Source: Nitrospirota bacterium (GTDB lineage: Bacteria; Nitrospirota; JACRHJ01). From it: a DNA stretch of 45,778 nt. The notes below the pieces were generated by a model. The model worked only from the letters and a program-made list of their open reading frames with translations, was not told the origin of the DNA and ran no database searches. The DNA lies in assembly GCA_963845245.1 (NCBI GenBank), contig CAWJRJ010000028.1, positions 1 through 45,778 on the forward strand. The letters are read 5' to 3'. The position numbers and the translations under genes were made by a program. Positions within the stretch are counted from its first letter, which is position 1. Each line of letters begins with the position of its first letter. Shown here piece after piece: positions 29,423-40,820 of this stretch.

Positions 29423-29713
29423 ATGCGAGCAAAAAAGGCTATCAATTTTCCTGGTCTTTCTGCTTGCTCTTCACAAGGGCGGTCATCAATTCGCATAACC
29501 ACCCGCACCCTCACCACAAGCATAAAGGCTTTTCCAGCCACGACTGTGAATTACTTCACCACACTTGAAGTTCCACCAGCGGTCAACTCCAGCCCTCAAA
29601 GCAGTTCTGTCATCCCGGTCGGAAAAATTACCCAGTCCATACTGCCATATGAGTTTGCCACTCAACCTTCAGCCGTAGGCGACAGCGACGTCATTAGGCC
29701 TCCGCCCGCTTGA
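29423..29713 (+). CDS. Putative DUF2946-like His-rich leader protein ending in RPPPA (indel-scrambled)
   Basis: The ORF ends IRPPPA*. Overlapping frames give hydrophobic LSIFLVFLL and HNHPHPHHKHKGFSSHDC. A TTGACA...GATAAT promoter-like sequence lies at 29388-29417. Confidence 0.5.
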   Translation: MRAKKAINFPGLSACSSQGRSSIRITTRTLTTSIKAFPATTVNYFTTLEVPPAVNSSPQSSSVIPVGKITQSILPYEFATQPSAVGDSDVIRPPPA

Positions 29714-29778
29714 TGAATTCTGGAACTTAATATATAATTGTTTTCATATTGGATTTCATGTCAAATGGAGGTTAAATA

Positions 29779-29984
29779 ATGCAGAAGTTGAAAATGATTT
29801 TTGTAGGAGGCGTTTTAGTTGCAATCACCGTGCTATCGGTAGCCGGACTGTGTTTCTCAGACGATGCCCAGCCCGCGCCCGAACGCTACTGGTGGCGCAA
29901 CAATGTCGAACGTCACCAGCGCGCCCCCGGCCCCCCTTCAGCCGCAGAGCATACCACCTGCCGAGATAACCGGAAGTTATTTGA
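29779..29984 (+). CDS. Small secreted Pro/Ala-rich hypothetical protein (frameshift ~29878; end approximate)
   Basis: GGAGG RBS; signal peptide MQKLKMIFVGGVLVAITVLSVAGLCFS, continuing in another frame as NATGGATMSNVTSAPPAP. A terminator follows. Confidence 0.5.
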
Positions 29985-29988
29985 CAAC

Positions 29989-30024
29989 AAAAAAGGCCCC
30001 GATTTCTCGGGGCCTTTTTATTTT
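29989..30024. terminator. Bidirectional intrinsic terminator (end of the ribosomal alpha operon)
   Basis: AAAAAGGCCCCGA-TTTC-TCGGGGCCTTTTT between convergent genes. Confidence 0.88.
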
Positions 30025-30043
30025 CATTATCATTCAGAAACGA

Positions 30044-30586
30044 CTACGCTTCCGGAGCCTTCTCCTCAGGCGCTGCTTCTTCGGCTGCGGGTGCTTCAGG
30101 GGCCGCCTCGGCGGTCTCGCCGGGGCCTCTGCCACTGCTTCCTCTACTGGAGCAGGAGCGTGCCGGAGCTGCTGCTGCCTTGGGGGCCTCTTTCTTGGCC
30201 TTGACCTTCGGCGGCGGCATTGTCTCGCCTTCCTTGTCGACCAGCTCGATGAGCGCCATCGGGGCCGAGTCACCGTTACGTACCCTGGTCTTTATTATCC
30301 TGGTGTAGCCGCCGGGGCGGTTTGCAGACCTGGGCGCGAGGGTGTCGAACAGCTTCGCTACGACGTCCCTGCTCTGGATGTAGGCAAACGCCATCCTCTT
30401 GGCGGTCAGGTCGCCCTTCTTGCCGAGGGTTATCATCTTGTCGGCGATACCCCTGATCTCCTTGGCCTTGGCCTCGGTCGTCTCAATGCGGCCGTGCTCC
30501 AGGAGCGATGTGACCAGGTTTCTGAAGAGCGCCTTCCTATGGCTTGAGTTCCTGCCGAACTGTCTTCCCGTATTCCTGTGACGCAT
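30044..30586 (-). CDS. rplQ: 50S ribosomal protein L17 with Ala/Glu/Pro-rich C-terminal extension
   Basis: [47 protein letters not shown]. Confidence 0.97.
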   Translation of the reverse strand: MRHRNTGRQFGRNSSHRKALFRNLVTSLLEHGRIETTEAKAKEIRGIADKMITLGKKGDLTAKRMAFAYIQSRDVVAKLFDTLAPRSANRPGGYTRIIKTRVRNGDSAPMALIELVDKEGETMPPPKVKAKKEAPKAAAAPARSCSSRGSSGRGPGETAEAAPEAPAAEEAAPEEKAPEA

Positions 30587-30601
30587 GGTTTCCCTTCCTC
30601 T

Positions 30602-31613
30602 TTATACGCCCGTTCTCTGCAGCGATTTTTCGTAGTTTTTCAGCTTCTCGTTGTCTATCTTCATGCCGAAGCCCAGACCCATCTCGTTTAAGATCTCCTT
30701 TATCTCGTTCAAGGACTTCCTGCCGAAATTCTTGGTCTTGAGCATCTCACCCTCAGTCCTCTGGACGAGGTCGGCAATGGTCTTTATGTTCGCGTTCTTG
30801 AGGCAGTTGGCAGAGCGGACCGAAAGCTCCAGCTCGTTAACGCCCCGGAGCAGGTTTTCGTTGAACTTGTCCTCGACCTCCTCGGATGCGGACTCTATCA
30901 GCTCGCCCTCTTCCTCGAAGTTGATGAATATGTTCAGGTGGTCCTTGAGTATCTTGGAGGCGATAGGCGACCGCGTCGTCCGGCCTTATGCTGCCGTCGG
31001 TTGAGACCTCCATTATAAGCTTGTCGTAGTCGGTCTCCTGGCCGACCCTGGCGCTCTCCACCCAGAAGTTGACCTTCTGTATGGGCGAGAATATGGAGTC
31101 GACCGGTATGACGCCTATGGGCTCTTCCGGGTCCTTGTTCTTCTCGGACGGGACGTATCCCCTGCCCTTCCTTACCTGCATTTCCATGGTGAAGCGCGCG
31201 TCCTTGTCGAGGGTCGCAATCTGCAGGTCCGGAGTCAAAACCTCTATGTCGCCGTCGACGTCTATGTGCGAGCCGTACACCGCGCCGGGACCCTCGACGT
31301 CTATGGTGACGGTCTTCGGCTTGTCGGTGTGCATCTTGAACCTGAGCTTCTTCACGTTCAGGATGATGTCCGTAACGTCCTCGACCACGCCCGGTATGGA
31401 CGAGAACTCGTGGAGGACGTTCTCTATGCGTATCGATGATACGGCCGCCCCTTCAAGCGAGGAAAGCAGTACCCTGCGAAGCGAATTTCCGATTGTGGTA
31501 CCGAAACCCCTCTCGAAAGGCTCCGCACTGAACTTGCCGTAGGTATCGGTAAGCGTGTCGGCCTCGAAATCCAGCTTTTTGGGGATCTGGAACCCCTTTA
31601 ACTTCATGGCCAT
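30602..31613 (-). CDS. rpoA: RNA polymerase alpha subunit (frameshifts ~30965 and ~30845)
   Basis: [37 protein letters not shown]. The [13 protein letters not shown] and [11 protein letters not shown] is in a shifted frame. Confidence 0.97.
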
Positions 31614-31696
31614 AAACACTCCTTATAGGTTCCCTATAAACTCTTAAGAAGGCACGCGGCCCTGCATGACCGGCCGATGCAGCGCACCCTCCTTGA

Positions 31697-32323
31697 TTAT
31701 TTGGAGTAAAGCTCGACGATCAGGTTCTCGTTAATCGGCATCGCTATGTCTTCCCTCATCGGGGCTGAAGCGACCTTGCCTTTGAAGTTCTGCTTGTCAA
31801 GCTCAAGCCACGAAGGAAGGCCCTTCCTGTCCATCGCTGAAACCAGTTCCTGGAACCTCAGGGACGCCCTGCTCTTCTCCCTGAGTTCAACCATGTCGCC
31901 CGGCTTTGCGACGAAGGACGGGATGTTGACGCGCCTGCCGTTTACGTTGAAGTGGCCGTGCGTCACGAGGATGCGGGCCTCTTTCCTGGAAGCGGCAAAG
32001 CCCAGCCTGAAAATGATATTGTCAAGCCTTCTCTCGAGGAGCGAAAGCAGGTTCTCGCCGGTCACGCCCTTCATGCGGGCTGCCTTTATGTAATAGCCGC
32101 GGAACTGCTTCTCCAGGATGCCGTACACTCTGCGCACCTTCTGCTTCTCACGGAGCTGCACGCCGTAATCGGAGATCTTCTGCCTACCCTGGCCGTGCTG
32201 GCCCGGTACGTACGCCCTCCGCTCAACCGCACACTTGTCGGTGAAGCAGCGGTCTCCCTTTAAAAAGAGCTTGGTTGTTTCCCTTCTGCACAGCCTGCAG
32301 ACAGGGCCTGTATATCTCGCCAA
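31697..32323 (-). CDS. rpsD: 30S ribosomal protein S4
   Basis: [38 protein letters not shown] start. Confidence 0.99.
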   Translation of the reverse strand: MARYTGPVCRLCRRETTKLFLKGDRCFTDKCAVERRAYVPGQHGQGRQKISDYGVQLREKQKVRRVYGILEKQFRGYYIKAARMKGVTGENLLSLLERRLDNIIFRLGFAASRKEARILVTHGHFNVNGRRVNIPSFVAKPGDMVELREKSRASLRFQELVSAMDRKGLPSWLELDKQNFKGKVASAPMREDIAMPINENLIVELYSK

Positions 32324-32364
32324 CTTTTGACCTCCTGTAGTAACAGATACTTATAAACTTTTAT

Positions 32365-32754
32365 TTAAACCCTTCTTCTCTTCGGCGGGCGGCAGCCATT
32401 ATGCGGGATGGGAGTAACATCCCTTATGGCTGATATATCAAGCCCGACCGACTGAAGGGCCCTTATTGCTGATTCACGGCCTGCGCCTGGCCCGTTGATC
32501 CAGACTTCCACGGTCCGCATACCGTTTTCCATCGCCTTCTTGCCTGCATTTTCAGAGGCCATCTGCGCGGCAAACGGAGTGCTCTTCCTGGAACCCTTGA
32601 AACCCTGGTTCCCGGCGCTGGACCAGCATATCACATGGCCGTTCTGGTCAGTGATGGAAACGATAGTATTGTTGAACGAAGCCTGAATATGCGCGACACC
32701 TGTCGGTATATTCTTCTTTTCCTTCTTGGGGCCGCTTTTTTTCGGTCCAGCCAT
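32365..32754 (-). CDS. rpsK: 30S ribosomal protein S11
   Basis: [31 protein letters not shown]. Confidence 0.99.
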   Translation of the reverse strand: MAGPKKSGPKKEKKNIPTGVAHIQASFNNTIVSITDQNGHVICWSSAGNQGFKGSRKSTPFAAQMASENAGKKAMENGMRTVEVWINGPGAGRESAIRALQSVGLDISAIRDVTPIPHNGCRPPKRRRV

Positions 32755-32807
32755 TATTCCTCCTGTCTCAATCCCGTCCTATCCGGGGCAAACCCCGGCC
32801 CTATAAT

Positions 32808-33185
32808 TTACTTGACCGCTTTTTTCTTCCCGGCCACGGTACGCTTCGGACCCTTCCTGGTGCGCGCGTTCGTCTTCGTGCGCTGACCCCTGACGGGCAT
32901 GCCCTTGCGGTGCCTTAAGCCACGGTAGCAGCCGATGTCCATGAGCCTCTTTATGGCCATGGTGCGGTCCCTGCGAAGGTCGCCTTCAACCTTGTAGGAC
33001 TTGTCTATGACTTCCCTTATGCGCCCAACCTCGGCGTCAGTAAGATCCTTTATCCTGGTGTCCGGGCTGACTCCGGCCTCTGCCAGAATCTTGGTGGCTG
33101 ACGTGCGGCCTATACCGAAAATGTAGGTAAGGCCAATCTCAGCCCTTTTTTCCCTTGGTAGGTCAACACCTGCAATCCTTGCCAA
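32808..33185 (-). CDS. rpsM: 30S ribosomal protein S13
   Basis: [33 protein letters not shown] start. Confidence 0.99.
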   Translation of the reverse strand: MARIAGVDLPREKRAEIGLTYIFGIGRTSATKILAEAGVSPDTRIKDLTDAEVGRIREVIDKSYKVEGDLRRDRTMAIKRLMDIGCYRGLRHRKGMPVRGQRTKTNARTRKGPKRTVAGKKKAVK

Positions 33186-33206
33186 AGCATCCTCCTTGGG
33201 CGGGTA

Positions 33207-33320
33207 TTAACCCTGCCTCTGTTTGTGTCTCGGGTTAACGCAGATAACCCTGACGATTCCCCTTCTTTTAATGACTTTGCATTTATCGCAAATCTTCTTG
33301 ATCGACGAACGGACCTTCAT
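33207..33320 (-). CDS. rpmJ: 50S ribosomal protein L36 (Zn-binding form; absent from ORF track)
   Basis: Manual translation [37 protein letters not shown]. Confidence 0.98.
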   Translation of the reverse strand: MKVRSSIKKICDKCKVIKRRGIVRVICVNPRHKQRQG

Positions 33321-33361
33321 CTTGTCCCCCTTTTAAACCTTTCTTCTCGCTTTATGCGGGG

Positions 33362-33580
33362 TTATTTGAAACGGTATGTTATCCTTCCCCTCGTGAGGTC
33401 ATAAGGGGAAAGCTCCACCGTAACCCTGTCACCCGGCAATATCTTTATAAAGTGCATCCGCATCTTGCCGGAGATGTGTGCCAGCACTACATGGCCGTTC
33501 TCGAGTTCCACCTTGAACATGGCATTGGGCAGAGTGTCGAGTATCTTTCCCTGTACTTCAATCGATTCTTCTTTGGACAT
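33362..33580 (-). CDS. infA: Translation initiation factor IF-1
   Basis: [34 protein letters not shown]. Confidence 0.99.
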   Translation of the reverse strand: MSKEESIEVQGKILDTLPNAMFKVELENGHVVLAHISGKMRMHFIKILPGDRVTVELSPYDLTRGRITYRFK

Positions 33581-33587
33581 TTTCCCC

Positions 33588-34334
33588 TTACAGCCTGGTT
33601 AATATCTCAGGCCCGTTATCGGTTACAGCCACCGTATGCTCGAAGTGCGCGGAAGGCTTCCTGTCCAGCGTGACAGCGGTCCAGCCGTCTTCAAGCACCA
33701 CGGTATGGCTTACGCCCATGTTTATCATCGGCTCGATCGCCAGGGTCATGCCCGCCTTCAGCCTTGGGCCCTGTCCCACCGGTCCGAAGTTTGGAACCTG
33801 TGGGTCCTCGTGGAGCTTCCGGCCGATGCCGTGCCCCACGAAATCGCGTACCACCGAGTAGCCGGACGACTCTGCATGAGTCTGCACGGCGTTCGATATG
33901 TCTGACACCCGGTTACCCGGGACGGCGCGTTCAATACCCCGTATCAGACAGGCTTCGGTCACTTCCATGAGCCTTTTAAGCTCGCCGGATACCTCGCCCA
34001 CCGGCAGGGTCAACGCGGCGTCGCCGTAGAACCCGCCGACCACCGCACCCAGGTCCAGGCCGATTATCTCGCCCTCTTTCAGGACCCGGTTAGACGGTAT
34101 CCCATGGACCACCACCTCGTTTACCGAGGCGCAGAGCGAACTCGGATATCCGAGGTAGCCCTTGAATGCGGGAAGGGCGCCCTGTTTTCTTATGTACTCC
34201 TCGGCGTAACGGTCGAGTTCCGCAGTCGTTACGCCAGGCTTTACCTTGTCTCTCAGCCCCTCAAGAGCGCCCGCCACAACCTGGCAGGCCACCCTCATCT
34301 TCTCTATCTCAGAGCGGGACTTTATTATAATCAA
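33588..34334 (-). CDS. map: Type I methionine aminopeptidase
   Basis: [38 protein letters not shown]. Probable TTG start right after adk. Confidence 0.97.
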   Translation of the reverse strand: MIIIKSRSEIEKMRVACQVVAGALEGLRDKVKPGVTTAELDRYAEEYIRKQGALPAFKGYLGYPSSLCASVNEVVVHGIPSNRVLKEGEIIGLDLGAVVGGFYGDAALTLPVGEVSGELKRLMEVTEACLIRGIERAVPGNRVSDISNAVQTHAESSGYSVVRDFVGHGIGRKLHEDPQVPNFGPVGQGPRLKAGMTLAIEPMINMGVSHTVVLEDGWTAVTLDRKPSAHFEHTVAVTDNGPEILTRL

Positions 34335-34335
34335 C

Positions 34336-34980
34336 TCAGCCTTCGAGGGCTGCAACCATCCTGTTGAGGATGTCGCCCATGGAGCCGACGCCGTCTACCG
34401 CCCTTAGCAGACCCTTGCCCGTGTAGTAGGCAATCAGCGGAGCGGTGGATGACTGGTACACTACGAGGCGGTTCTTTATGGCCTCTTCCTTGTCGTCGTC
34501 CCTCTGGTAGAGCTCGCCGCCGCACTTGTCGCACTTGTCTGCCACTTTGGGGGCCTTGAACATCACATGGTAGCCTTCCTGGCAGGACCTGCAGGTCCTG
34601 CGGCCTGAAAGCCTCTTCACGAGCTCCTCGTCCTTGACTTCGATGCTGAGGACCTTGTCCAGCGGGGTGCTCATCTCGGCCAGGGCCTTGTCCAGCTCCT
34701 CGGCCTGTGGCACGGTCCTCGGGAAGCCGTCGAGTATGTAGCCCTTCTTGCAGTCAGCCTCCTTGAGGCGCTCCTTGACTATGCCTATGACGACTGAATC
34801 CGGGACGAGTCCGCCCGCATCCATGAACTTTTTGGCTTCGAGGCCAAGCGGGGTCTTCTCCGCGAGGTTCTTCCTCAGGATATCGCCTGTTGATATCTGG
34901 GGTATGCCGTACTTGTTAACGAGGTCCTTCGCCTGAGTGCCTTTACCAGCCCCCGGAGGGCCAAGCAGTATAATACGCAT
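34336..34980 (-). CDS. adk: Adenylate kinase (Zn-lid)
   Basis: GPPGAGKGTQ, ISTGDILR, LDGFPRT, CxxC..CxxC lid, QRDDD. Confidence 0.99.
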   Translation of the reverse strand: MRIILLGPPGAGKGTQAKDLVNKYGIPQISTGDILRKNLAEKTPLGLEAKKFMDAGGLVPDSVVIGIVKERLKEADCKKGYILDGFPRTVPQAEELDKALAEMSTPLDKVLSIEVKDEELVKRLSGRRTCRSCQEGYHVMFKAPKVADKCDKCGGELYQRDDDKEEAIKNRLVVYQSSTAPLIAYYTGKGLLRAVDGVGSMGDILNRMVAALEG

Positions 34981-34982
34981 GA

Positions 34983-36282
34983 TTACATTCTCCTCCCCTT
35001 GATACGGACGCCTTTCATGAAACCCTCATAATGGCGGGTTATGAGATGGGTCTCGATCTGGCTGACTGTATCGAGGGCAACACCAACAACGATTAATAAT
35101 GACGTCCCGCCGAAATAGAAGCTTATGTGGAATGCCCTGTAGAATATGTCGGGCAGTACGCAGACGAGCGATAGATAAATCGCGCCGCCGAACGTTATCC
35201 TGTTCAAGACCTTGTATATGTAGTCGGAGGTGTTCGTGCCCGGCCTGATGCCAGGTATGAAGCCTCCGTACTTCTTCATGTTGTCCGCGACGTCGACCGG
35301 GTTGAACACGACCGCGGTATAGAAGAACGCGAAGAAGACTATCATGCCTACGTAGAATATCGTGTAGACTACGCCGCCCCTCGACAGCACGCTCTTGTAT
35401 AGTGCCGACCCATGCCGCCGTGGAGAAGCTCGCAAGCGTCGCAGGGAACATCAGTATGGATGACGCGAATATCGGCGGTATGACGCCCGACGTATTCAGC
35501 TTCAGGGGGATATGTGTGTTCTGGCCCATCTGCGGCCCTGCCCCAAGCCTCTTTGCGTACTGTACCGGTATCCGCCTCTGACCGCGCTCCATGAAGACTA
35601 TCGCGGCGATTACGGCAAGCATTATTATTATCATCGCGATAATGGTGAACAGGTTGAGCTCGTCCGACCTGAACAGCCTGTAGGTGCTGATTATGGCCGC
35701 CGGGAACCTTGCCACAATGCCCGCGAAGATGATGAGCGAGATGCCGTTGCCTATGCCCCTCTCGGTTATCTGCTCGCCAAGCCACATGATGAATGCGGTG
35801 CCGCAGGTAAGGGTTATCATCGTCATTATCCTGAAGCCCCAGCCCGGGTTCTGTATGAACGCTCCGCCGGCCATGCCCTCAAGGCCTATGGCAATCATCA
35901 TCGCCTGGACCAGCGATATGCCTATTGTCCCGTAGCGGGTGTACTGCGTTATCTTCTTGCGGCCGTGCTCGCCTTCCTTCTGGAGTGCAGCGAGGTACGG
36001 GAAGACTATCGTAAGGAGCTGCAGTATGATGGACGCGCTGATGTAGGGCATTATCCCCAAGGCGAATATGGTAACCCTTGAGAGAGATCCTCCGGAAAAC
36101 ATGTCGAAGAAGCCCATGAGCGCGCCGGCATTCTGGTGGAGGAACTTCGAAAGCTCTTCTCCGTTGATACCGGGCGTCGGAATGTGGCCGCCTATCCTGT
36201 ACACCGTCAGGAGCCCAAGGGTGAAGAATATGCGTTTCTTAAGCTCCGGAATCTTGAATATATTCTGGATGCTCTCGATCAA
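34983..36282 (-). CDS. secY: Preprotein translocase SecY (frameshift ~35400)
   Basis: [61 protein letters not shown]. Confidence 0.98.
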
Positions 36283-36284
36283 GG

Positions 36285-36725
36285 CTATATCACCTCTACC
36301 TTTCCGCCCGCTGCCTCAATCTTCTGGACGGCGGTTTTGGAAAACTTGTGTGCCTGTACTGTGACGGCCCTGGTTATCTCACCATGGCCGAGTACCTTGA
36401 TCCCGTCGCCGAGCTTCTTCACGAGGCCCTCGTCGAACAGGACCTCAGGCCCGATGGTGTCAACGCCCTCTATCTTGCCAAGCTCGCGCAGGTTGACAAG
36501 CGCAAACTCTTTGCGGAAGATGTTGGTGAAGCCGCGTTTCGGGATGCGCCTGTAGAGAGGCATCTGGCCGCCTTCAAAGCCCGGGCGCTTTGCGCCGCCG
36601 GCCCTTGACTTCTGGCCTTTCTCGCCGCGGCAGGACGTCTTGCCGTGCCCTGAGCCAGAGCCCCTGCCTACCCTTTTTTTGTCTTTTACGGCCCCTGGAC
36701 GGGGACCAAGCTCTTCTATCTTCAT
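36285..36725 (-). CDS. rplO: 50S ribosomal protein L15
   Basis: RVGRGSGSGHGKT, GFEGGQMPLYRRIPKRGF. Confidence 0.99.
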   Translation of the reverse strand: MKIEELGPRPGAVKDKKRVGRGSGSGHGKTSCRGEKGQKSRAGGAKRPGFEGGQMPLYRRIPKRGFTNIFRKEFALVNLRELGKIEGVDTIGPEVLFDEGLVKKLGDGIKVLGHGEITRAVTVQAHKFSKTAVQKIEAAGGKVEVI

Positions 36726-36774
36726 GATATATGACCCTCAGATCTTGAGCCCGGCAAACCGGGCAGGTATAATA

Positions 36775-36960
36775 TTATTCCGTAACTTCGAAAGTTACCA
36801 GGTGGATAACCTTGTTTATCATCCCGCGTATCTCGGGAGTATCCTGCCTCACCACGGAGCTGTTCAGCTTTGTAAGGCCAAGGCCGACTACGACCTTCCT
36901 GTGCTTCTCTGGGCGCCCAATCGGGCTTTTCGTTAATGTAACCTTTATGTTGCCGGCCAT
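36775..36960 (-). CDS. rpmD: 50S ribosomal protein L30
   Basis: [25 protein letters not shown]; expected synteny. Confidence 0.97.
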   Translation of the reverse strand: MAGNIKVTLTKSPIGRPEKHRKVVVGLGLTKLNSSVVRQDTPEIRGMINKVIHLVTFEVTE

Positions 36961-36970
36961 GATTACGCTC

Positions 36971-37471
36971 CTAGTTCCTGATTTCCTCGACGGTTTTGCC
37001 CCTGAGCCTTGCGACCTGCTCGGCGCTCCTGAGCTGCTTCAGGCCTTCCAACGTGGCCCTTGCGACGTTGTGCGGGTTTGAACTTCCAAGAGACTTGGAA
37101 AGGATGTTGTGTATACCCACGACTTCGAGTATTGCGCGTACTGCGCCGCCGGCTATGAGACCGGTACCCGGGGCTGCCGGCTTTAACAGTACCCTTGCAG
37201 AACCGTAATGGCCCACTACCTCGTGCGGGATGGTGGTTTCCTTCAAGGCCATCGTGACCATGCTCTTCTTGGCGCGCTCGACAGCCTTGGATATGGCAAC
37301 CGGGACTTCTACTGCCTTGCCCTTGCCAATCCCTACTCCGCCGGAACCGTCGCCAACCACTACCAATGCGCTGAAGGAGAACCTGCGCCCGCCCTTAACG
37401 ACCTTGGCAACGCGGTTAATGTGTATAACCTTATCCTTAATCGCAGAGCCCTCGGCATCAAACTTTTCCAA
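36971..37471 (-). CDS. rpsE: 30S ribosomal protein S5
   Basis: [36 protein letters not shown] start. Confidence 0.99.
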   Translation of the reverse strand: MEKFDAEGSAIKDKVIHINRVAKVVKGGRRFSFSALVVVGDGSGGVGIGKGKAVEVPVAISKAVERAKKSMVTMALKETTIPHEVVGHYGSARVLLKPAAPGTGLIAGGAVRAILEVVGIHNILSKSLGSSNPHNVARATLEGLKQLRSAEQVARLRGKTVEEIRN

Positions 37472-37483
37472 TGAACCCTCCTG

Positions 37484-37852
37484 TTAAAAATTAAGACCGG
37501 CCTCTCTGGCTGCATCAGCCAGTGCCTTTATCCTGCCGTGGAAAATATAGCCGCCCCTGTCGAATACGACGTCCTTGACGCCCTTCTCGAGGGCCTTCTT
37601 CGCTACGGCGGCGCCAACCTTCTTCGCCGCCTCGATGTTTCCGCGGGACTTGAGGCCTTCCTTTACATCCTGGTCAAGGGTGGAAGCGGCGGTTATGGTA
37701 ATGCCCTTCGAGTCGTCTATTACCTGCGCATAAATGTTCGTCGTGCTCCTGAAAACATTCAGCCTCGGCCTCTCGGAGCTGCCGTTCACCTTTTTGCGAA
37801 TCCTGTTCTGCCTTCTTTCCCTGCCGACCAGCTTAGCCGTATAACCGCCCAT
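37484..37852 (-). CDS. rplR: 50S ribosomal protein L18
   Basis: [31 protein letters not shown]. Confidence 0.99.
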   Translation of the reverse strand: MGGYTAKLVGRERRQNRIRKKVNGSSERPRLNVFRSTTNIYAQVIDDSKGITITAASTLDQDVKEGLKSRGNIEAAKKVGAAVAKKALEKGVKDVVFDRGGYIFHGRIKALADAAREAGLNF

Positions 37853-37910
37853 CTTTTCACCTCAAACTTTATAAATAACAGCCCCGCCACTAATTGGGCG
37901 GCGCCCCGGT

Positions 37911-38447
37911 TTACTTGCCCTTCTTGCCTTCCTTGCGGAGGATCGTCTCTTCGGCGTACTTTATGCCCTTGCCTTTGTACGGTTCCGGCTTCCTTACCGA
38001 GCGGACGTTCGCGGCCACCTGCCCGACGAGTTCCTTGTCGATGCTTGTGAGCTTTATGGTGGTCATCTTGTCCACGACCGCCGTAACGCCCTTCGGGAGC
38101 TCGAAGTTCACGGGGTGCGAGTAGCCCATGTTGAGGAGCAGAATGTTGCCCTTGACCTCGGCCTTGTATCCGACGCCGTTTATCTCAAGCACCCTCTCAA
38201 ACCCCTTCGTGACCCCGTCGACCATGTTGCTGATGAGCGTACGTGTCAGGCCGTGCAGCGAGCGGTCTTCCCTGTGGTCGGAAGCCCTCTCCACAACTAT
38301 GGTCTTGCCGTCCTGGCGTATCGTCATCTTCGGGTGGAGGTCCCTTTTAAGCTCGCCCTTGGGGCCCTTGACCGTGATGCTGTTGTTTAACAGCTTCACA
38401 TCGACCCCGGAAGGTATCTCAACCGGCTTTTTACCTATTCTGGACAT
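37911..38447 (-). CDS. rplF: 50S ribosomal protein L6
   Basis: [23 protein letters not shown]. Confidence 0.99.
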   Translation of the reverse strand: MSRIGKKPVEIPSGVDVKLLNNSITVKGPKGELKRDLHPKMTIRQDGKTIVVERASDHREDRSLHGLTRTLISNMVDGVTKGFERVLEINGVGYKAEVKGNILLLNMGYSHPVNFELPKGVTAVVDKMTTIKLTSIDKELVGQVAANVRSVRKPEPYKGKGIKYAEETILRKEGKKGK

Positions 38448-38508
38448 GATAAAATACTCCTTGAAGTAATATCTTTAAGCGCAGGCCTTGTCCGGCCCGA
38501 TGCCCCGG

Positions 38509-38907
38509 CTACCAGATGTAGCAGAGCACCTCACCGCCTATGTTCTTTGTGCGGGATTCGCGGTCCGCCATAACACCCTTGGACGTGGAGAGTATCGCAA
38601 CGCCCAGGCCGCCCATCACGCGGGGTATCTCGTCCGCTCCGACGTAGACACGGTTTCCAGGGCTGCTCACCCTTTTGAGGCCGTTTATGACCCTCAGTTC
38701 GTCGGGGCTGTACTTCATGTAGACACGCACGATACCCTGCTTTCTGTCCTTGAGGAGTTTGAAGTTCTTTATGTAGCCTTCCTCCTTAAGGACACGGGCC
38801 AATTCCAGTTTCAGGTTGGACGAAGGTATGTCCAGCTTTTCCAGCTTCGCCATGTTGGCGTTCCTAATCCTGGTCAGCATATCAGCTATCGGGTCCGTCA
38901 TTCCCAT
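38509..38907 (-). CDS. rpsH: 30S ribosomal protein S8
   Basis: [29 protein letters not shown]. Confidence 0.99.
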   Translation of the reverse strand: MGMTDPIADMLTRIRNANMAKLEKLDIPSSNLKLELARVLKEEGYIKNFKLLKDRKQGIVRVYMKYSPDELRVINGLKRVSSPGNRVYVGADEIPRVMGGLGVAILSTSKGVMADRESRTKNIGGEVLCYIW

Positions 38908-39016
38908 CTTCCATTGCTCCTTTTTGAATATTTAAATAAAGACCTTAGATCCCCGAAAATCTCCCCGCGGCTCAAGCCTTAAAGCGAGCCGCCCGGCCCG
39001 GGACCCTCAAAGGCCT

Positions 39017-39202
39017 CTACCAGCTGGCCTTTATCACACCCGGAATTTCGCCCCTCAATGAGAGTTCCCGGAAACAGATCCTGCACATGTCGAACTTACG
39101 CAAGTAGCCGCGGGGCCTGCCGCAACGCTCACAGCGGCTGTACGCGCGGGTGGAAAACTTTGGAGCCCTTTGCTGCTTGGCTATCATCGATTTTTTTGCC
39201 AA
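39017..39202 (-). CDS. rpsN: 30S ribosomal protein S14 type Z (Zn-binding, 61 aa)
   Basis: [29 protein letters not shown] start. Confidence 0.98.
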   Translation of the reverse strand: MAKKSMIAKQQRAPKFSTRAYSRCERCGRPRGYLRKFDMCRICFRELSLRGEIPGVIKASW

Positions 39203-39215
39203 CTTAATACCTCTC

Positions 39216-39758
39216 TTAATTCCTAAAAGGCATACCGAAGAGACGAAGGAGCGCTTTGCCTTCCTCGTCCGTCTTTGCGCTCGTTACTATTGCGATGTCC
39301 ATACCGTGGACCATCTCCACCTTATCGTAGTCGATCTCAGGGAAGATGAACTGCTCCTTCAGGCCAAGTGTGTAGTTGCCGCGGCCGTCGAAGGCCTTGC
39401 CGGAAACACCCTTGAAGTCCCTGATCCTGGGCAGCGCCACGTTGATCAGCCTGTCCAGGAATTCCCACATCCTGTCCTGCCTGAGGGTGACCGAGCAGCC
39501 GATCGACATGCCCTCCCTCAGCTTGAAGGCGGCTATGGACTTCTTGGCCTTCCTGACCACGGGCTTCTGGCCGGTGATCTCAGCCATCTCCTTGACTGCC
39601 GCGTCCAGGAGCTTGGGGTTCTGGATGGCCTCACCCAGTCCCACGTTCACCACAACCTTGAGAAGCTTCGGAACCTGCATCGGGCTTTCATACCCGAACT
39701 GCTTCTTCAGGGCCGGAGCGACCTCTTTTTCGTACCTTTCCCTCAACCTCGCTGCCAT
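39216..39758 (-). CDS. rplE: 50S ribosomal protein L5
   Basis: [31 protein letters not shown]. Confidence 0.99.
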   Translation of the reverse strand: MAARLRERYEKEVAPALKKQFGYESPMQVPKLLKVVVNVGLGEAIQNPKLLDAAVKEMAEITGQKPVVRKAKKSIAAFKLREGMSIGCSVTLRQDRMWEFLDRLINVALPRIRDFKGVSGKAFDGRGNYTLGLKEQFIFPEIDYDKVEMVHGMDIAIVTSAKTDEEGKALLRLFGMPFRN

Positions 39759-39777
39759 TGGCTTCCTCCGAATCTAT

Positions 39778-40098
39778 CTAAACCTTGTCCATGGGGCTGC
39801 CGCACTTCTTGCAGACGCGCACCTTCTTCTCGCCCTCGAAGCTGTGTGACACCCTGGTAGGCTTGTTGCATTTGCCACATATCACCATAACGTTGGAGAT
39901 ATGGATGGGAGCCTCTTTCTCTATTATGCCGCCCTGCCTGTTGGTCGCGCTCGGCCTGGTGTGCCTCTTTATGATGTTGAGCTTTTCGACAAGCACGCGC
40001 TCGTCAGCAGGCATCACGCGGTAGACGCGGCCCTTCTTCCCTTTTTCCTTGCCGGCGATAACCATCACCGTGTCGTTCTTCTTGATGTTAGTACCCAT
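39778..40098 (-). CDS. rplX: 50S ribosomal protein L24
   Basis: IKKNDTVMVIAGKEKGK, GGIIEKEAPIHISNV. Start placed at MGTNIKK. Confidence 0.98.
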   Translation of the reverse strand: MGTNIKKNDTVMVIAGKEKGKKGRVYRVMPADERVLVEKLNIIKRHTRPSATNRQGGIIEKEAPIHISNVMVICGKCNKPTRVSHSFEGEKKVRVCKKCGSPMDKV

Positions 40099-40114
40099 CT
40101 TAGTCTCGAACCTC

Positions 40115-40483
40115 CTAAAGGACCTCTGGCGCAAGCGATATTATCTTCATAAAGTTCTTCCACCTGAGCTCCCTGGCGACAGGGCCGAATATACGGGTCC
40201 CCACCGGCTCGCCAGCGGCGTTGATGAGGACGGCGGCATTCTTGTCGAACTTTATATATGAGCCGTCAACCCTTCTGACTTCCTTGGCCGTCCTGACAAC
40301 AACCGCCCTGGCAACCTTGCCCTTTTTGGCGGTACCGTCCGGTATAGCTTCCTTGATTGCGACGATTATAACGTCGCCGACGGTTGCGTAACGTCTCTTG
40401 GAACCCCCAAGGACCTTTATGCACATGACCTTTTTAGCGCCGGAATTGTCGGCCACTTCCAGTATTGTCTGGACCTGCACCAT
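40115..40483 (-). CDS. rplN: 50S ribosomal protein L14
   Basis: [28 protein letters not shown]. Confidence 0.99.
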   Translation of the reverse strand: MVQVQTILEVADNSGAKKVMCIKVLGGSKRRYATVGDVIIVAIKEAIPDGTAKKGKVARAVVVRTAKEVRRVDGSYIKFDKNAAVLINAAGEPVGTRIFGPVARELRWKNFMKIISLAPEVL

Positions 40484-40540
40484 GATAACTCTCCACTTAT
40501 TTCAAAAGAAATAATTACAGTCTGCCAGGCAGTTTTAAAG

Positions 40541-40795
40541 CTACCTTGCCTTTTCTATTATTTCCACGACCTCGAAGCGTTTGCCTTTTGAGAGCGGCCT
40601 GGTCTCGATCATCCTGACCTTGTCACCAGTCGCGCACTCGTTCTTCTCGTCGTGGGCCTTGAACCTGGATACCTTGCTTATGGTCTTGTTATACAGAGGG
40701 TGCTTTATGCGCCTCGATATAGTGACGACAACGGTCTTGTCCATCTTGTCGCTGACCACTTCGCCTATGAAGCTCTTCTTTTTCAACTCGGCCAT
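40541..40795 (-). CDS. rpsQ: 30S ribosomal protein S17
   Basis: GEVVSDKMDKTVVV, HPLY, AHDE, ETRPLSK. Confidence 0.99.
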   Translation of the reverse strand: MAELKKKSFIGEVVSDKMDKTVVVTISRRIKHPLYNKTISKVSRFKAHDEKNECATGDKVRMIETRPLSKGKRFEVVEIIEKAR

Positions 40796-40820
40796 TCGGA
40801 TTTCCTCCAGGGATGCGGGA

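Noticed and set aside
38908..39016. GC-rich hairpins in ribosomal operon spacers (e.g. GCGGCTC...GAGCCGC before rpsH)
   Set aside because: Plausible processing or autoregulatory stems, but I cannot assign them to a known leader family by eye.
5863..39860. Long antisense ORFs in the track (5863-7044, 9449-10768, 15127-16150, 39150-39860 and others)
   Set aside because: They are shadow frames of well-supported genes on the opposite strand and show no recognisable motifs.
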